A program made the translations under genes and the position numbers. A model generated the notes under the pieces. That model had not been told where the DNA came from and made no database searches. It was given only the letters and a program-made list of their open reading frames with translations. A DNA stretch of 64,000 nucleotides from an uncultured bacterium (GTDB lineage Bacteria; Planctomycetota; UBA1135; GCA-002686595): NCBI GenBank assembly GCA_943787795.1, contig CALSNU010000004.1:128001-192000 (forward strand), written 5' to 3'. How positions within the stretch are numbered: the first letter of the stretch is position 1; each line of letters starts with the position of its first letter. Positions 28,422-38,672 of this stretch are shown here, piece after piece.

Positions 28422-29876
28422 TCACGGGGTGAAGGGGGCCGCTTCGAGGTCGGGAACACCGCCTCCAGGCAACCCGATCCTCGCCCCTCTCATCCAGCGA
28501 GCCAGCTGGAGGCGCAGGTCGGCGTCGACCCCCGTGACCTCATCGCAGGGGCCCCAGCGCAGGCCTCGTCGCGGATCGACCCCTGCCCTCCGCGACCTGA
28601 CGAGGGCCGCGGGCGGCTCGGCCTCGAGGATCACCGCTCGATCTCCGTCCAGCCCGACCACGGCGCAGATGCCCCGCGAGGTGGCTGCACGAAGGGGTCG
28701 CTCCGGCATCGCGGAGCCCGGGAAGACCGAGGCCCCGTCGAGGTCCAGGCGCGGCTCAAGACCCAGCGCACACAGGAGCGTCGGCCCGAGGTCCAGCAGG
28801 GAGACGGGCGCGCCCACGACGCCGCGGAGGGTCCGACGCCCCCCTCCTTCACCGGGCACCCGCTCCTCCCCGGGCGCGCGGCCCCCACCGCTCGCCGCCG
28901 GCACCTCCAGCCAGAGCGGGACCCTCAGGTCCTCGGGCTCCATCGACGGGACGAGGCCGTACCGGCCCCGCTCTCCGAGGGCGGGCTGACGGAGGCCAGC
29001 GATGGCGATGACCGGAGCGAGGTCGCGGTGCTGTCGCGCCCCCTCGACCAGCTGACGGGCGAAGGCGTCCGCCGCAGCGACCTCCGTGGCGTGCAACGCT
29101 GCGAGCTGCGCGCGATCGGTGTCGTCCAGGTCTGGACCGATGCGCAGCAGGTCGTCATGGGCCATCCCAGGCTCAATCGGCCCCTCGTATCCGGGGCCCG
29201 GTCCGCCCTCTCCGCCGCGATAGAGATGATGCGGCGCGCGGGGGTCCGCCAGCGTCACGACCAGCAGGCCGGGGCGCGCGCTCTCCGCAAGCCAACCGAG
29301 CGCGGCCTGCGCGACAGAGGACCCCTGGGCGCCGGCGGGGTCGTCCAGCCCCGCCGGAAGGAGCACCTCCTCGAACGCCGCTGGCCCCGGGCGCAGACCA
29401 GCTCCCTCGAAGGCGTGCCGTCGATGGCCCGGAACAAGAGCCGTTCGATACCCGCGGCGCAGCAGCTCATCGGCCAGCCCGGGGGTCCAGCCCTCCGTGC
29501 CCCGCGAGACCGGACGGTGCTGCCCCGTGAGCAGCCCGCTCAGGGCCTCGCTCGCCCAGGGCGACGGAGCGTAAGCGTCGCGATAGCTGACCGAACCGGC
29601 GCCGAAGCCCTGGAGGAACGGCGTACCCGCCCCGCTCACCTCCGCGACCCCCAGCCCGTCGATGGCGATGATGATCACGTCCGGCCGCGCCTGGACGGCT
29701 GGCGCTGCGGCACGGCTGGGGCCAGAGCCCGTGCGCGTCGCCATCGCGACCGTGCCCGCGATCACCAGCACGGCGATCGCGATCAACGCGGCCCGCGGCT
29801 GCGCCCGCTCGGAGCTCCCATCGGGAAGCTCGGGCGCGCGCGCGACCGTCACCTCCTCGGTATTCCCCTCGTCCAT
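28422..29876 (-). CDS. Sulfatase-fold membrane-anchored protein (degenerate)
   Basis: PDVIIIAIDGL, AYAPSPW...LLTG, LRVPL, VSLLDLGPTLL, LDGAS. Confidence 0.75.
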   Translation of the reverse strand: MDEGNTEEVTVARAPELPDGSSERAQPRAALIAIAVLVIAGTVAMATRTGSGPSRAAAPAVQARPDVIIIAIDGLGVAEVSGAGTPFLQGFGAGSVSYRDAYAPSPWASEALSGLLTGQHRPVSRGTEGWTPGLADELLRRGYRTALVPGHRRHAFEGAGLRPGPAAFEEVLLPAGLDDPAGAQGSSVAQAALGWLAESARPGLLVVTLADPRAPHHLYRGGEGGPGPGYEGPIEPGMAHDDLLRIGPDLDDTDRAQLAALHATEVAAADAFARQLVEGARQHRDLAPVIAIAGLRQPALGERGRYGLVPSMEPEDLRVPLWLEVPAASGGGRAPGEERVPGEGGGRRTLRGVVGAPVSLLDLGPTLLCALGLEPRLDLDGASVFPGSAMPERPLRAATSRGICAVVGLDGDRAVILEAEPPAALVRSRRAGVDPRRGLRWGPCDEVTGVDADLRLQLARWMRGARIGLPGGGVPDLEAAPFTP

Positions 29877-30031
29877 GGGGCGAGACTAGCGACTGGCGCT
29901 GCTCGAACAAACCTGGGGTTGCTCGAACGAGGCCACCGGGCGAGAGAGCAGCCAGGGCCCAGCTAGGACTCAGCAGGGACCCAGCCAAGGCCCGGCCAAG
30001 GCCCGGCGAGGGCCCACGCCGGGCCGCGGGG

Positions 30032-32035
30032 TCACGCCCCGCCGCCCCGTGCCTTCAGGACGACCTCAAGCTCGACCTTCTCACCGCTGGCGCGGGTCAC
30101 GCCCACCTTGACCTTGTCTCCAGGCTTGGCGGCCTTGAGCTTCTCGCTGAAGCCAGCGAGGTCCACCGCCTCACCGTTCCAGGTCCGGATCCGGTCGTTC
30201 TTCATCAGCCCCGCAGCAGCGGCAGGCGAGTCGGGCGTGATGCCCTCGACCACGATGCCCTCCTCGGTGTACGAGGGACGAATCCCAAACTGCACCGTGG
30301 CGGCCCGGGGGGCGCCGCCGCCCGAGGTCTCGGCCTCGGCCTCAGCCTCGGCTGGCGCGGTGTTCCGCCGGGCGCGGCGACGGGTCCGCTGCTCGACGAA
30401 CGGGAAGGCCTCCGGCCGCTGCGCTGCGCCCAGCGCGATCTCGTAGAAGAGGTTGGCAGCGTGGACCGCGTCCACCCGATTGATGAGGCTGGAGACGTCC
30501 CTGGGCGTGTGGTAGTCCGCGTGGAAGTCCGCGATGATCGCGAAGAGCACGGGCATATCCTTGCGCATGAACGAGGTGTGATCACTCGCGCCGCTCATGC
30601 GCTCGGGCTGAACGATGGCCAGGGGTGACCCGTCGATGATGGGGTCGAGGAACTCCTGGAGCCCCGCCCCGGTCTCCGCTCCGGAGAGCGACAGACGGCG
30701 GTCCTTGATGCGCCCGATCATGTCGAAGTTCATCATCAGGACGTGCTTGCCGATCGGCGCGATCGGGTGGTTCGCGTAGTAGTTCGAGCCGTTGAGGCCG
30801 GACTCCTCGGCGCTGAAGCCCATGAAGAGCACCGAGCGCAGATTGGCGGCGTCACCGGCCGCCTCGTAGTCGCGCGCCATCTTGTCAGCGATCAGGATGA
30901 TCCCTGCGCTTCCGGAGGCGTTGTCGTCGGCGCCTGGGTGCAGCTGACGGCCTGCATTCTCACGATCCCGCGAGCCGAAGCTCCCCTGGCCGAGGTGGTC
31001 CAGGTGCGCGCCGACCACGATGTACTCGTCCGCCAGCGCTCCCTTGCCCGGCAGGAGACCGATGACGTTCTCGGCCACCACGGCCCGGCGCTCGAGGCCG
31101 GCAACCATCCTGGCCGTGCCCTGGAACTCCCGGACCGCCGCGCCAGCGTTGGCCTCGTCGCGCAGCACAGGGAGGGTCGTCGCCCCGCCTGTCCCCGCGG
31201 CCACCAGCCGCTCGCCCGCCTCCGCCGAGAGGTGAAGCACCGGGATCTCGGCGATAGCTCGGCCGCCGCCGCCCGCTGCGAGCAATGTGCTGACCCTGGC
31301 GTCGTTGGCGCCCGGCGTGTTGACGATGATGGCACCGACCGCCCCGCGGTCGGCCACGGCCTGAAGCTTGCCGTTGAACCCCGCGCGCCGGGACCAGCTC
31401 CCGTCACGGCGGGTCCAGAGGCTATTTCCCTCCGCGTCCATGGGCTCAAATCTCAGGAGCACCGCGACCTTGCCGGTCAGGTCGGTCTCCTCGCCGAAGC
31501 TGGAGAACCGATCGCGACCGTCCTCGATCCCGTAGCCGACGAAGACCAACGGCGCGTCGATCTCCCCCCCCACGCCGAGCCCGGTCACCGTGAAGTCACG
31601 GTCCTGCCCATGCGCGAAGGAGACCCCACCCAGCTCCAGCGAGGCCACCGTGACCTCGTTGGTGGAGCCGAGATTGAATGGCTGACGGAAACTCCGGGAC
31701 TCGCCCCCTGAGCCCACCGCGGGGAGCAGCCCCGAAGCGCGGAACTGGAACTCCATGTACTCCTTAGCGAGCTCCATCCCACGGGTCCCGGGGAGCCGCC
31801 CCTCCATCCACGGGCTGGCGAGGATCGTGAGGTGATCGTTGAAGGTCCTCACCTCTCCACTGACCCCGGCGAGCGCCTCGGCGATGAGCGCGCGACTCAT
31901 CGCGGCGCCCGGATCCTCGGCCGACACCGCCTCCTGGCCAGACGCAGCGCCGGCGAGCGCGAAGAGGCTCGCCAGCAGGGTCGCACCGCCAGGAGCGGTT
32001 CGGAGCGGGAAGGCGCGGGCGTCGAGGTGGGTCAT
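30032..32035 (-). CDS. M28 family aminopeptidase with PA and PDZ domains
   Basis: GAHLDHLG, GADDNASG, AEESGL, NFDMIG, SDH, YHTP; PA insert VFVGYGI; PDZ GITPDSPAAAAGL. Confidence 0.92.
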   Translation of the reverse strand: MTHLDARAFPLRTAPGGATLLASLFALAGAASGQEAVSAEDPGAAMSRALIAEALAGVSGEVRTFNDHLTILASPWMEGRLPGTRGMELAKEYMEFQFRASGLLPAVGSGGESRSFRQPFNLGSTNEVTVASLELGGVSFAHGQDRDFTVTGLGVGGEIDAPLVFVGYGIEDGRDRFSSFGEETDLTGKVAVLLRFEPMDAEGNSLWTRRDGSWSRRAGFNGKLQAVADRGAVGAIIVNTPGANDARVSTLLAAGGGGRAIAEIPVLHLSAEAGERLVAAGTGGATTLPVLRDEANAGAAVREFQGTARMVAGLERRAVVAENVIGLLPGKGALADEYIVVGAHLDHLGQGSFGSRDRENAGRQLHPGADDNASGSAGIILIADKMARDYEAAGDAANLRSVLFMGFSAEESGLNGSNYYANHPIAPIGKHVLMMNFDMIGRIKDRRLSLSGAETGAGLQEFLDPIIDGSPLAIVQPERMSGASDHTSFMRKDMPVLFAIIADFHADYHTPRDVSSLINRVDAVHAANLFYEIALGAAQRPEAFPFVEQRTRRRARRNTAPAEAEAEAETSGGGAPRAATVQFGIRPSYTEEGIVVEGITPDSPAAAAGLMKNDRIRTWNGEAVDLAGFSEKLKAAKPGDKVKVGVTRASGEKVELEVVLKARGGGA

Positions 32036-32239
32036 GGGTGGAGGTGGGGCCCGACAGAGGGGCGCGCCATGGGGCGGTTGACCGGGAGGGAAACAGCGCC
32101 GCAGGCTCGAAGCGCGGTGCTGCACCCCTATCGTATGCAAAGGCCAGGACATACAAGCGCGGGCGGGCGGCTGGGGCGTAAGTTCGCCGTTCGGTCCCCC
32201 CCGGCCCTGAGCCCCGTGACTGCCGACCGTCCCCCACCC

Positions 32240-33595
32240 ATGTCCATCCAGCACCTCCTCCGCGGCCTCGTCCTCGTGGCTCTGGCCGTCTGCGCCGCAG
32301 CGACCCCGGTGGGCGAAGCGGGCCGACTGGACCCCAAGGACGGCCCGGACGTGGACCTGCGCATCGCGGTCGAAGACGACGAGGTGCGCTTCCAGATCAT
32401 CACCAACCTCGCGTTCCTCGACACCACCACGGAGGCGTACCGGGAGGACGAGTCCACCCTTGACCCGTCCGAAGCTCCGGCCGCCATGGACGCGCTGGTG
32501 GAGCTGTTCAGGCGCGACATCGAGGTCAAGATCGACGGCGCCACGGTCGCACCCGTGGCACCCGACCCTGACCGCGACTTCGAGTACGACCAGGGCGACC
32601 CCAGCCTCATCCCGCACTTCGTGAACTTCGGTGCCCGCGCGGTCGCGCGCACGCGGCTGACCCTGCGGTACCCGTGCAAGTCTCCGCCCGATCGGGTCTC
32701 CATCATCTGGAGCACGTACCCGGACAACGTGACCCTCGCAGACGAGGAGGGCGTCGCACCGCCCATCGAGATCCTCTGCCGGCTGGCGGCGGGCGGCGTG
32801 GACCGGATCGTTCGATTCCAGAAGGAGGAGCCGCAGTTCATCTGGCACCGCGCGGCAGAAGCCGATGGCGCACGGATGGCGCCTGTCCCCCCCATCCGCG
32901 AGCAGCAGGCCCCCCCGCTACCGGTCGCCGGGCTCGCCATGTTCGGCGCCGCCTTTGCCGCCTTCGTCTTCGGCCCGGCGCGGCTGCGCCGCTCCGCGAC
33001 GGGGCCGCTGTTGGTCCTCAGCATCGCCTTCCTCGGTGTGCAGATCGCGAGACGCGGCGTGGACCTACCGAGCGTGGACGAAGCCACCGCGGTGTTCGAG
33101 CCGCTGCATGAGAACATCTACCGCGCCTTCGACTACACCGACGAGAGCGACGTGTACGACGCGCTCGCCGAGAGCGTGGACGGGCCGCTGCTCGAGCAGC
33201 TCTATGACGAGGTCTACCGCAGCCTCGTCCTCCAGGAGGCTGGCGGCGCCGTCAGCCGCGTCTCCGCGGTCCGCCACCTCGACCTTGACGTGGAGGAGAT
33301 CGGCGTGGTGGGTGAGCGCGCGCTCCCCGGATTCGTGGTGGACGCGACCTGGCAGGTGGACGGCGCCGTCTATCACTGGGGGCACGCCCACACCCGGACC
33401 AACGAGTATCGGGCTCGCTACACCGTGCACGCGGCAGAGCAGGGCTGGCGGATCGCCGCAAGCGAGGTCCTGGATCAACGGAGGGTGGACGCTGCGCCGA
33501 TCCTTGACGTGGACATGGCCGGCGCCGGGCGCTTCGGCGACCGCGCGACCTCACCCCTCGAGACCCAGCAGGAGGAGCTCCCCGATGAGTTCTGA
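32240..33595 (+). CDS. Hypothetical membrane protein, first gene of an ABC cluster
   Basis: Signal peptide, two TMs, NIYRAFDY..ESDVYDALA, HWGHAHTR motif; overlaps the ABC ATPase start. Confidence 0.75.
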   Translation: MSIQHLLRGLVLVALAVCAAATPVGEAGRLDPKDGPDVDLRIAVEDDEVRFQIITNLAFLDTTTEAYREDESTLDPSEAPAAMDALVELFRRDIEVKIDGATVAPVAPDPDRDFEYDQGDPSLIPHFVNFGARAVARTRLTLRYPCKSPPDRVSIIWSTYPDNVTLADEEGVAPPIEILCRLAAGGVDRIVRFQKEEPQFIWHRAAEADGARMAPVPPIREQQAPPLPVAGLAMFGAAFAAFVFGPARLRRSATGPLLVLSIAFLGVQIARRGVDLPSVDEATAVFEPLHENIYRAFDYTDESDVYDALAESVDGPLLEQLYDEVYRSLVLQEAGGAVSRVSAVRHLDLDVEEIGVVGERALPGFVVDATWQVDGAVYHWGHAHTRTNEYRARYTVHAAEQGWRIAASEVLDQRRVDAAPILDVDMAGAGRFGDRATSPLETQQEELPDEF

Positions 33596-34316
33596 CGCAG
33601 CCCCCCTGCCCCAGACCGGCGCTGCGCTCCGCGGGGTCTCCTTCGAATATGCACGGGCGGCCGGAACCCGGCCCTTCCGCCTCGAGGTCGAGGAGCTCTC
33701 CCTGACTCCCGGCGAAGCGGCCGCGGTCATTGGCCCCAGCGGCTCGGGGAAGACCACGCTGGTCCACCTCTGCGCCGGCATCCTTGTCCCTGAGGCCGGA
33801 GAGGTCTCGGTGGGCGGCGTGCGGCTGGACCGCCTGAGCGACGGCGAGCGGCGGCGGGAGCGGGCCCGGCAAGTCGGCCTCGTCTTCCAGGAGTTCGAGC
33901 TCCTCGACTACCTCAACGCCCTCGAGAACATCCTCGTCCCGCTCCGGATCCGGGGAGCGGACCGCGGCGAGCTCCGCTCGGGCAGAGCGCGGGCCACCGA
34001 GCTCGCTGACGCCGTCGGGATCACGGATCTGCTCGGTCGGCTCCCGGCGCAGCTGAGCCAGGGGGAGCGGCAGCGCGTGGCCATCGCACGAGCCCTGGTC
34101 ACCGACCCCGCGCTCGTGCTGTGCGACGAACCCACCGGCAACCTCGACCCCGAGGCGGCCTCCCATGCGGTCGATCTCCTCCTCGAGCAGGCCCGGGCGC
34201 GCGGCGCCGCCCTCCTGATGGTGACCCACGACCACGGACTCCTGGACCGCTTCGATCGCGTGATCGACGTGACGACCCTGGCAGCGGCCGCCGGGTCGGG
34301 AGGGCCGAACTCGTGA
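33585..34316 (+). CDS. ABC transporter ATP-binding protein (LolD/MacB-like)
   Basis: GPSGSGKTT, LSQGERQRVAIARAL, CDEPTGNLD, VTHD. Confidence 0.93.
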   Translation: MSSDAAPLPQTGAALRGVSFEYARAAGTRPFRLEVEELSLTPGEAAAVIGPSGSGKTTLVHLCAGILVPEAGEVSVGGVRLDRLSDGERRRERARQVGLVFQEFELLDYLNALENILVPLRIRGADRGELRSGRARATELADAVGITDLLGRLPAQLSQGERQRVAIARALVTDPALVLCDEPTGNLDPEAASHAVDLLLEQARARGAALLMVTHDHGLLDRFDRVIDVTTLAAAAGSGGPNS

Positions 34317-35479
34317 GCGGCATCCTGTTCCTCGCTTGGCGCCACGCCGCCGCCCACCGAGCCCGCACCTCACTCCTGATCGCGTGCGTGGCGCTCGCCC
34401 TCTGGGTGCCCTGGACCGCAGGCGCCCTCGCCGGCCAGTACGACCAGGCGTTGCGGTCCCGCGCCGCGGAGACGCCGCTGATCATCGGCGCCCCGGGGAA
34501 CCGCTACGACCTGACCCTCGCCGCCCTCTACTTCCGGCCGAGCCAGCTCGAGACCGTCCCCTACCAGGAGCTGGAGCGGCTCCAGGAGGGAGGTCGAGCG
34601 ACGTTCGTCCCCCTTCATATGCGCTTCACAGCTCGCGGCTATCCCATCGTCGCCACGAGCGTGGAGTATGTGGAGTTCAGGGGCCTCAAGCCGGCGGCGG
34701 GCCGACACGCGCTGCGGCTCGGCGAGGTCGCCCTCGGCGCCGACGTCGCTGCCGCGCTCGAGCTCCAGACGGGAGACGCCTTGCTCTCTGACCCGACCGA
34801 GCTCTACGACATCAGTCGACCCCCGGCCCTCAAGATGCGAGTCGCCGGGGTCTATCCCCCGACCGGGACCCCCGACGACGGCGCGGTGTTCTGCGACGTG
34901 CGCACGGCATGGGTGCTCGAGGGCATCGCCCACGGGCACACGCCCGCGGAGAAGATCGACGAGTCCTTGGTCCTCAGCCGAGCGGACGAGTCCGTATCGG
35001 TGAGCGGCGCGCTGATGGAGTACGCCGAGGTCACCGAGGAGAACGAGGACTCGTTCCATTACCACGGCGACACGGCGCTCCTCCCCCTCAGCGCAGTGCT
35101 CGCGATCCCTGTGAGCCGCAAGGACGGCACGCTGCTCAAGAGCGCGGTCAACGCCGAGGGAAGGTTCCAGGCGGTCACCCCCACCGCAGTGATCGGCGAC
35201 CTCCTCGGGGTGGTCTTCAGGATCAAGGCCTTCTTCGACCTGGTCGGCGTCTTCCTGCTCGGGACCACGGCGCTGCTGGTCTCCCTCGTCTTCCTGCTGT
35301 CGTCCCGCCTGCGTGGGGCGGAGATGCGCACCCTCGACCGGATCGGCGCGCCGCGTCGGGTCGGCGCCAGCTTGATCGGGATCGAGGCGGCTCTCGTGCT
35401 GATGATCGCTGGCGCGCTCGCCGGGGGCGCCACCGCGGCCACGCTCCGCTGGCTTCCAGACCTGGTGTCGACCTTCTGA
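34313..35479 (+). CDS. ABC permease, MacB/FtsX-like topology
   Basis: TM - large periplasmic domain - TMs; R..EM.TL..IGA; GTG overlaps the ATPase stop. Confidence 0.8.
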   Translation: MSGILFLAWRHAAAHRARTSLLIACVALALWVPWTAGALAGQYDQALRSRAAETPLIIGAPGNRYDLTLAALYFRPSQLETVPYQELERLQEGGRATFVPLHMRFTARGYPIVATSVEYVEFRGLKPAAGRHALRLGEVALGADVAAALELQTGDALLSDPTELYDISRPPALKMRVAGVYPPTGTPDDGAVFCDVRTAWVLEGIAHGHTPAEKIDESLVLSRADESVSVSGALMEYAEVTEENEDSFHYHGDTALLPLSAVLAIPVSRKDGTLLKSAVNAEGRFQAVTPTAVIGDLLGVVFRIKAFFDLVGVFLLGTTALLVSLVFLLSSRLRGAEMRTLDRIGAPRRVGASLIGIEAALVLMIAGALAGGATAATLRWLPDLVSTF

Positions 35480-35638
35480 ACGATCCGGCCCGCAGCCGGC
35501 GTTCCCCTCGCCGAGCCCGCCCTCGCTGAGCCCACCCTCGCCGAGCCCAACCTCGCCGGGTCCCTCGACCGGATCCGGCTCCCCTCGCCCCGCGTTCCCG
35601 TCCGGGCCTCCCCTCCCCTGGATCACCTGCAGCACCTC

Positions 35639-36673
35639 ATGGGCACCGCACGATTCGTCCCTTTCTCCGCGCACCTGTCTTCCGCGCCCCTGTCTTCCGC
35701 GCCCCTGTCTTCCGCGCCCCTGGCGGCTGGCCTCCTCGCTGGCCTTCTTGCCGGCCTCCTCGCTGGCTGCTCCGATGGAGGCACGGCCTCTTCTTCGGCG
35801 TCGGGGGACGGCGGGATGCGACCCGTGGTCGCGGTAACTTCGGGCCCCGCCGAGCTGCTGGCAGCGGCTGTCCTGGGGTCGACGCGGGTGGAACGCATCG
35901 CCCCTGAGGGGGCCTCGCTGCTCACATGGCGCCCCGGCGACGCCTCCCTGGACGCCATGGTCTCTGCCCGGCGCGTGCTCGTCCTCGGCGACGAGGCGGA
36001 GCCCTGGCTCCAGCGAGCCGGGCTCCCACCCAGCCGGACCCTCCGGCTCGACGCGGCGGTCCCCGAGTCCCGCTGGATCGAGGTCGGCAGCGTCACCCAC
36101 ACCCACGGCGGAGGGGAGTCCCACACCCACGGTGGTGTCGTGGCCGAGGCCTGGACGGACCCCGAACTGCTGCGGAGCATGGCCGCACGGACACGGAGGC
36201 AGCTCGCAGGCGCCATGGTTGAGAGCGGGCCGGTGGCCCCCGCGGAGGCCCCCGCCGAGGCCCCCGGCGAGGCCCTCGGCGCCCGGATCGACGCCTACGC
36301 CGCCGAGCTCGGGGCGCTGGCCGAAGCCCTGGACGGGCGCGCGCTGATCGCCACGCACCACGGCATGGAGTACCTGTGTCGGGCGGCGGGGATCCGCCTC
36401 GAGGTCACCGAGCTGGAGCTCGACGGGGACGCTGGGCCCCCCAATGACGACGCCGTACGCCGGCTCGCCGAGCTCGCAGCCCAGGAGGGCGCCCACGCAG
36501 GCATCCTGGTGTGGCCTGGCCCCCTCGACGTCGCGTTCGCGGAGAAGGCCCAGCAGGAGCTGGGCCTCAGGTCCTTAGACTTCGACCTCGGCGCGCCCCT
36601 CGCCGAGCGCGACACCCTCACGCGCCTGACCCAGAGCGCCGCGCGCCTCCGCGCAGCCATCGCCCCCGAATGA
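35639..36673 (+). CDS. Metal ABC substrate-binding lipoprotein (ZnuA/TroA-like)
   Basis: LAGC lipobox, His loop THTHGGGESHTHGG, W.DP, ATHH..EYL. Confidence 0.75.
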   Translation: MGTARFVPFSAHLSSAPLSSAPLSSAPLAAGLLAGLLAGLLAGCSDGGTASSSASGDGGMRPVVAVTSGPAELLAAAVLGSTRVERIAPEGASLLTWRPGDASLDAMVSARRVLVLGDEAEPWLQRAGLPPSRTLRLDAAVPESRWIEVGSVTHTHGGGESHTHGGVVAEAWTDPELLRSMAARTRRQLAGAMVESGPVAPAEAPAEAPGEALGARIDAYAAELGALAEALDGRALIATHHGMEYLCRAAGIRLEVTELELDGDAGPPNDDAVRRLAELAAQEGAHAGILVWPGPLDVAFAEKAQQELGLRSLDFDLGAPLAERDTLTRLTQSAARLRAAIAPE

Positions 36674-36677
36674 ACCG

Positions 36678-37103
36678 ATGAGCACGATCTTCGATGCGAT
36701 CCTCGATGGGGAGCTCCCCTGCCACCGCGTGTTCGAGAACAAGCACGTCCTCGCCTTCCTGGACATCGGCCCGCTCTCGCGCGGGCACACCCTCGTCATC
36801 CCCAAGGAGCGTCGCGCTCACCTCCACGAGCTGAGCGATGACGCCTCGGCGGAGCTCGGCCGCAGCTTGCCCCGGATCGCCCGGGCGGTGCTCTCGGCGA
36901 CCGGAGCGACCGCCTATAACGTCCTCCAGAACAACGGCTCCGAGGCTCACCAGGCGGTCTTCCACGTGCACTTCCACATCATCCCGCGCTTCCCCGACGG
37001 CTCAGGGCTCGGCCTCGGCTGGACCCCCGGAGAGCTCTCCGAAGGCGAGAGCCTCGCCGCAGCCGTGGCGGGCGCCATCCAGAGCGAGGAGGGGTCACGA
37101 TGA
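36678..37103 (+). CDS. HIT family protein
   Basis: AFLDI.P...GHTLVIPK, HVHFHII histidine triad. Confidence 0.93.
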   Translation: MSTIFDAILDGELPCHRVFENKHVLAFLDIGPLSRGHTLVIPKERRAHLHELSDDASAELGRSLPRIARAVLSATGATAYNVLQNNGSEAHQAVFHVHFHIIPRFPDGSGLGLGWTPGELSEGESLAAAVAGAIQSEEGSR

Positions 37104-38437
37104 GCGGCTCGATCCTTATCCACGGGGGCACCGTGGTCGGCCGTGACGGCTCCGCTCCCGCGGACGTTCTTATTTTGGACGGCGTGGTATCCGCGGTCGG
37201 GACGGGCCTCGCAGCCGAGGCTCCCGCGCCCGGCGTGGAGCGCCTCGACGCCACGGGACACCTGGTCTTCCCGGGCCTCACGGACCCACAGGTCCACTTC
37301 AGGGAGCCCGGGATGCCCCTCAAGGAGGACCTCAGCTCGGGCTCGCTGGCCGCCATCGCGGGGGGCGTCACGGCGTTCTACGAGATGCCGAACACCAAGC
37401 CGAACACCGACTCGCCGGAGCGCCTCGAGGACAAGCTCTCGCGCGCGTCGGGGCGCTGCCACGCGGACTATGGCTTCTTCATCGGGGGCACGCGCGAGAA
37501 CGCTGACCGCCTCGGCGAGTGGGAGACGCTCCCCGGCTGCGCCGGTATCAAGGTGTTCATGGGCTCCTCGACGGGCTCGCTCCTCGTGGCGGACGACCCG
37601 ACCCTGGAGCGCATCCTGCGGTCCGGCGAGCGGCGGGTGACGTTCCACAGCGAGGATGACTATCGGCTGAAGGACCGCTACGCCGAGGTCCAGCCAGGCA
37701 CCAACGTCCGAGAGCACCCCCACATCCGCGACGTGGAGTGCGCGGTGCGCTCCACCCGCAGGCTCCTCGACCTCGCGGAGAAGACGGGGCGCAAGATCCA
37801 CATCCTCCACGTGTCCAGCGCGGATGAGATCCACATGGTCCGCGAAAGGGACCTGGGAGACCTCGTCACCGTGGAGCTGACCCCCAACCACCTCTTCCTC
37901 TCGGCGCCCGACTGCTACGAGAACCACGGCACCTGGGCGCAGATGAACCCTCCCGTCCGGGACCGCGCCCACCAGGAGGTCCTGCGGGAGGCCGCCGCGG
38001 ACGGCACGGCGGCTTGCATTGGGTCGGATCACGCCCCGCACACCGCCGAGGAAAAGGCCCAGCCCTTCCCGGTCTCACCCTCGGGCATCGCCGGGGTCCA
38101 GACCACCCTCCCGCTCCTGATGACCGCGGTGCAGGATGGCTGGCTTCGCCTCGAGGACATTGTTCGCCTCTGCGTGGACGGCCCGGCGAGGGTCTACGGA
38201 GACACCGGGCGCGGCCCATTGTCGCCTGGCGCCCTCGGGAACGCGGTCCTGGTGGACCCCAACGCGGGCGGGCGGGTCGACCAGCGCCCCTTCCACAGCC
38301 GCGCTGGGCGGACCCCCTTCGCGGACGTGGAGCTCGCCGGCTGGCCCGTTGCGACGGTCTTGCGTGGCAACGTGGCCTACCTCGGGGGCAGCGCTCGAGG
38401 TCCCTCGGCGGGCCGAATGGTCGCGTTTCCGGGCTAG
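37100..38437 (+). CDS. pyrC: Dihydroorotase (multifunctional-complex type)
   Basis: DPQVHFREPG, EMPNTKP, IKVFMGSSTG, QMNPPVR, GSDHAPH. Confidence 0.88.
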   Translation: MSGSILIHGGTVVGRDGSAPADVLILDGVVSAVGTGLAAEAPAPGVERLDATGHLVFPGLTDPQVHFREPGMPLKEDLSSGSLAAIAGGVTAFYEMPNTKPNTDSPERLEDKLSRASGRCHADYGFFIGGTRENADRLGEWETLPGCAGIKVFMGSSTGSLLVADDPTLERILRSGERRVTFHSEDDYRLKDRYAEVQPGTNVREHPHIRDVECAVRSTRRLLDLAEKTGRKIHILHVSSADEIHMVRERDLGDLVTVELTPNHLFLSAPDCYENHGTWAQMNPPVRDRAHQEVLREAAADGTAACIGSDHAPHTAEEKAQPFPVSPSGIAGVQTTLPLLMTAVQDGWLRLEDIVRLCVDGPARVYGDTGRGPLSPGALGNAVLVDPNAGGRVDQRPFHSRAGRTPFADVELAGWPVATVLRGNVAYLGGSARGPSAGRMVAFPG

Positions 38438-38507
38438 GGCGGATCCCGGGTCGACCTCCGCTCGAAAGATCGGAAGGGGGACTTCGCCCGCGGACAGGGG
38501 CGCTGGC

Positions 38508-38513
38508 TAGAAT
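38508..38513 (+). promoter_or_regulatory. Possible sigma70 -10 element of the nqr operon (TAGAAT)
   Basis: Near-consensus hexamer in GC-rich intergenic DNA about 160 bp upstream of nqrA; no clear -35. Confidence 0.35.
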
Positions 38514-38672
38514 GCGCGCCAAATTTCGTGGTGAGCTCCGCTCGAACGGCCCATGACTAGGCCACGGAGCGCTCCCGGAAGGACCTCCGCTTGCCCACTT
38601 CCCAGCAGTCCTCCCGCCGGCCGCCCTGCCAGTCCCTGGCACGGGTCCACGGTGTGACCTGACCCCCAACTC

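Noticed and set aside
26751..29966. 1071-aa plus-strand ORF and the 27143-27646 poly-Ala 'antifreeze-like' ORF
   Set aside because: Shadow or alternative frames of the GYR repeat and of real minus-strand genes; expected at this GC content
32121..32140. Zur/Fur-like box upstream of the ABC cluster (TGCA-N11-TGCA)
   Set aside because: Too weak a palindrome to support without comparative data
37100..38437. Inactive dihydroorotase because HxH reads QVH
   Set aside because: DPQVHFREPG is, to my knowledge, a natural variant in this DHOase subgroup, and the other motifs are intact
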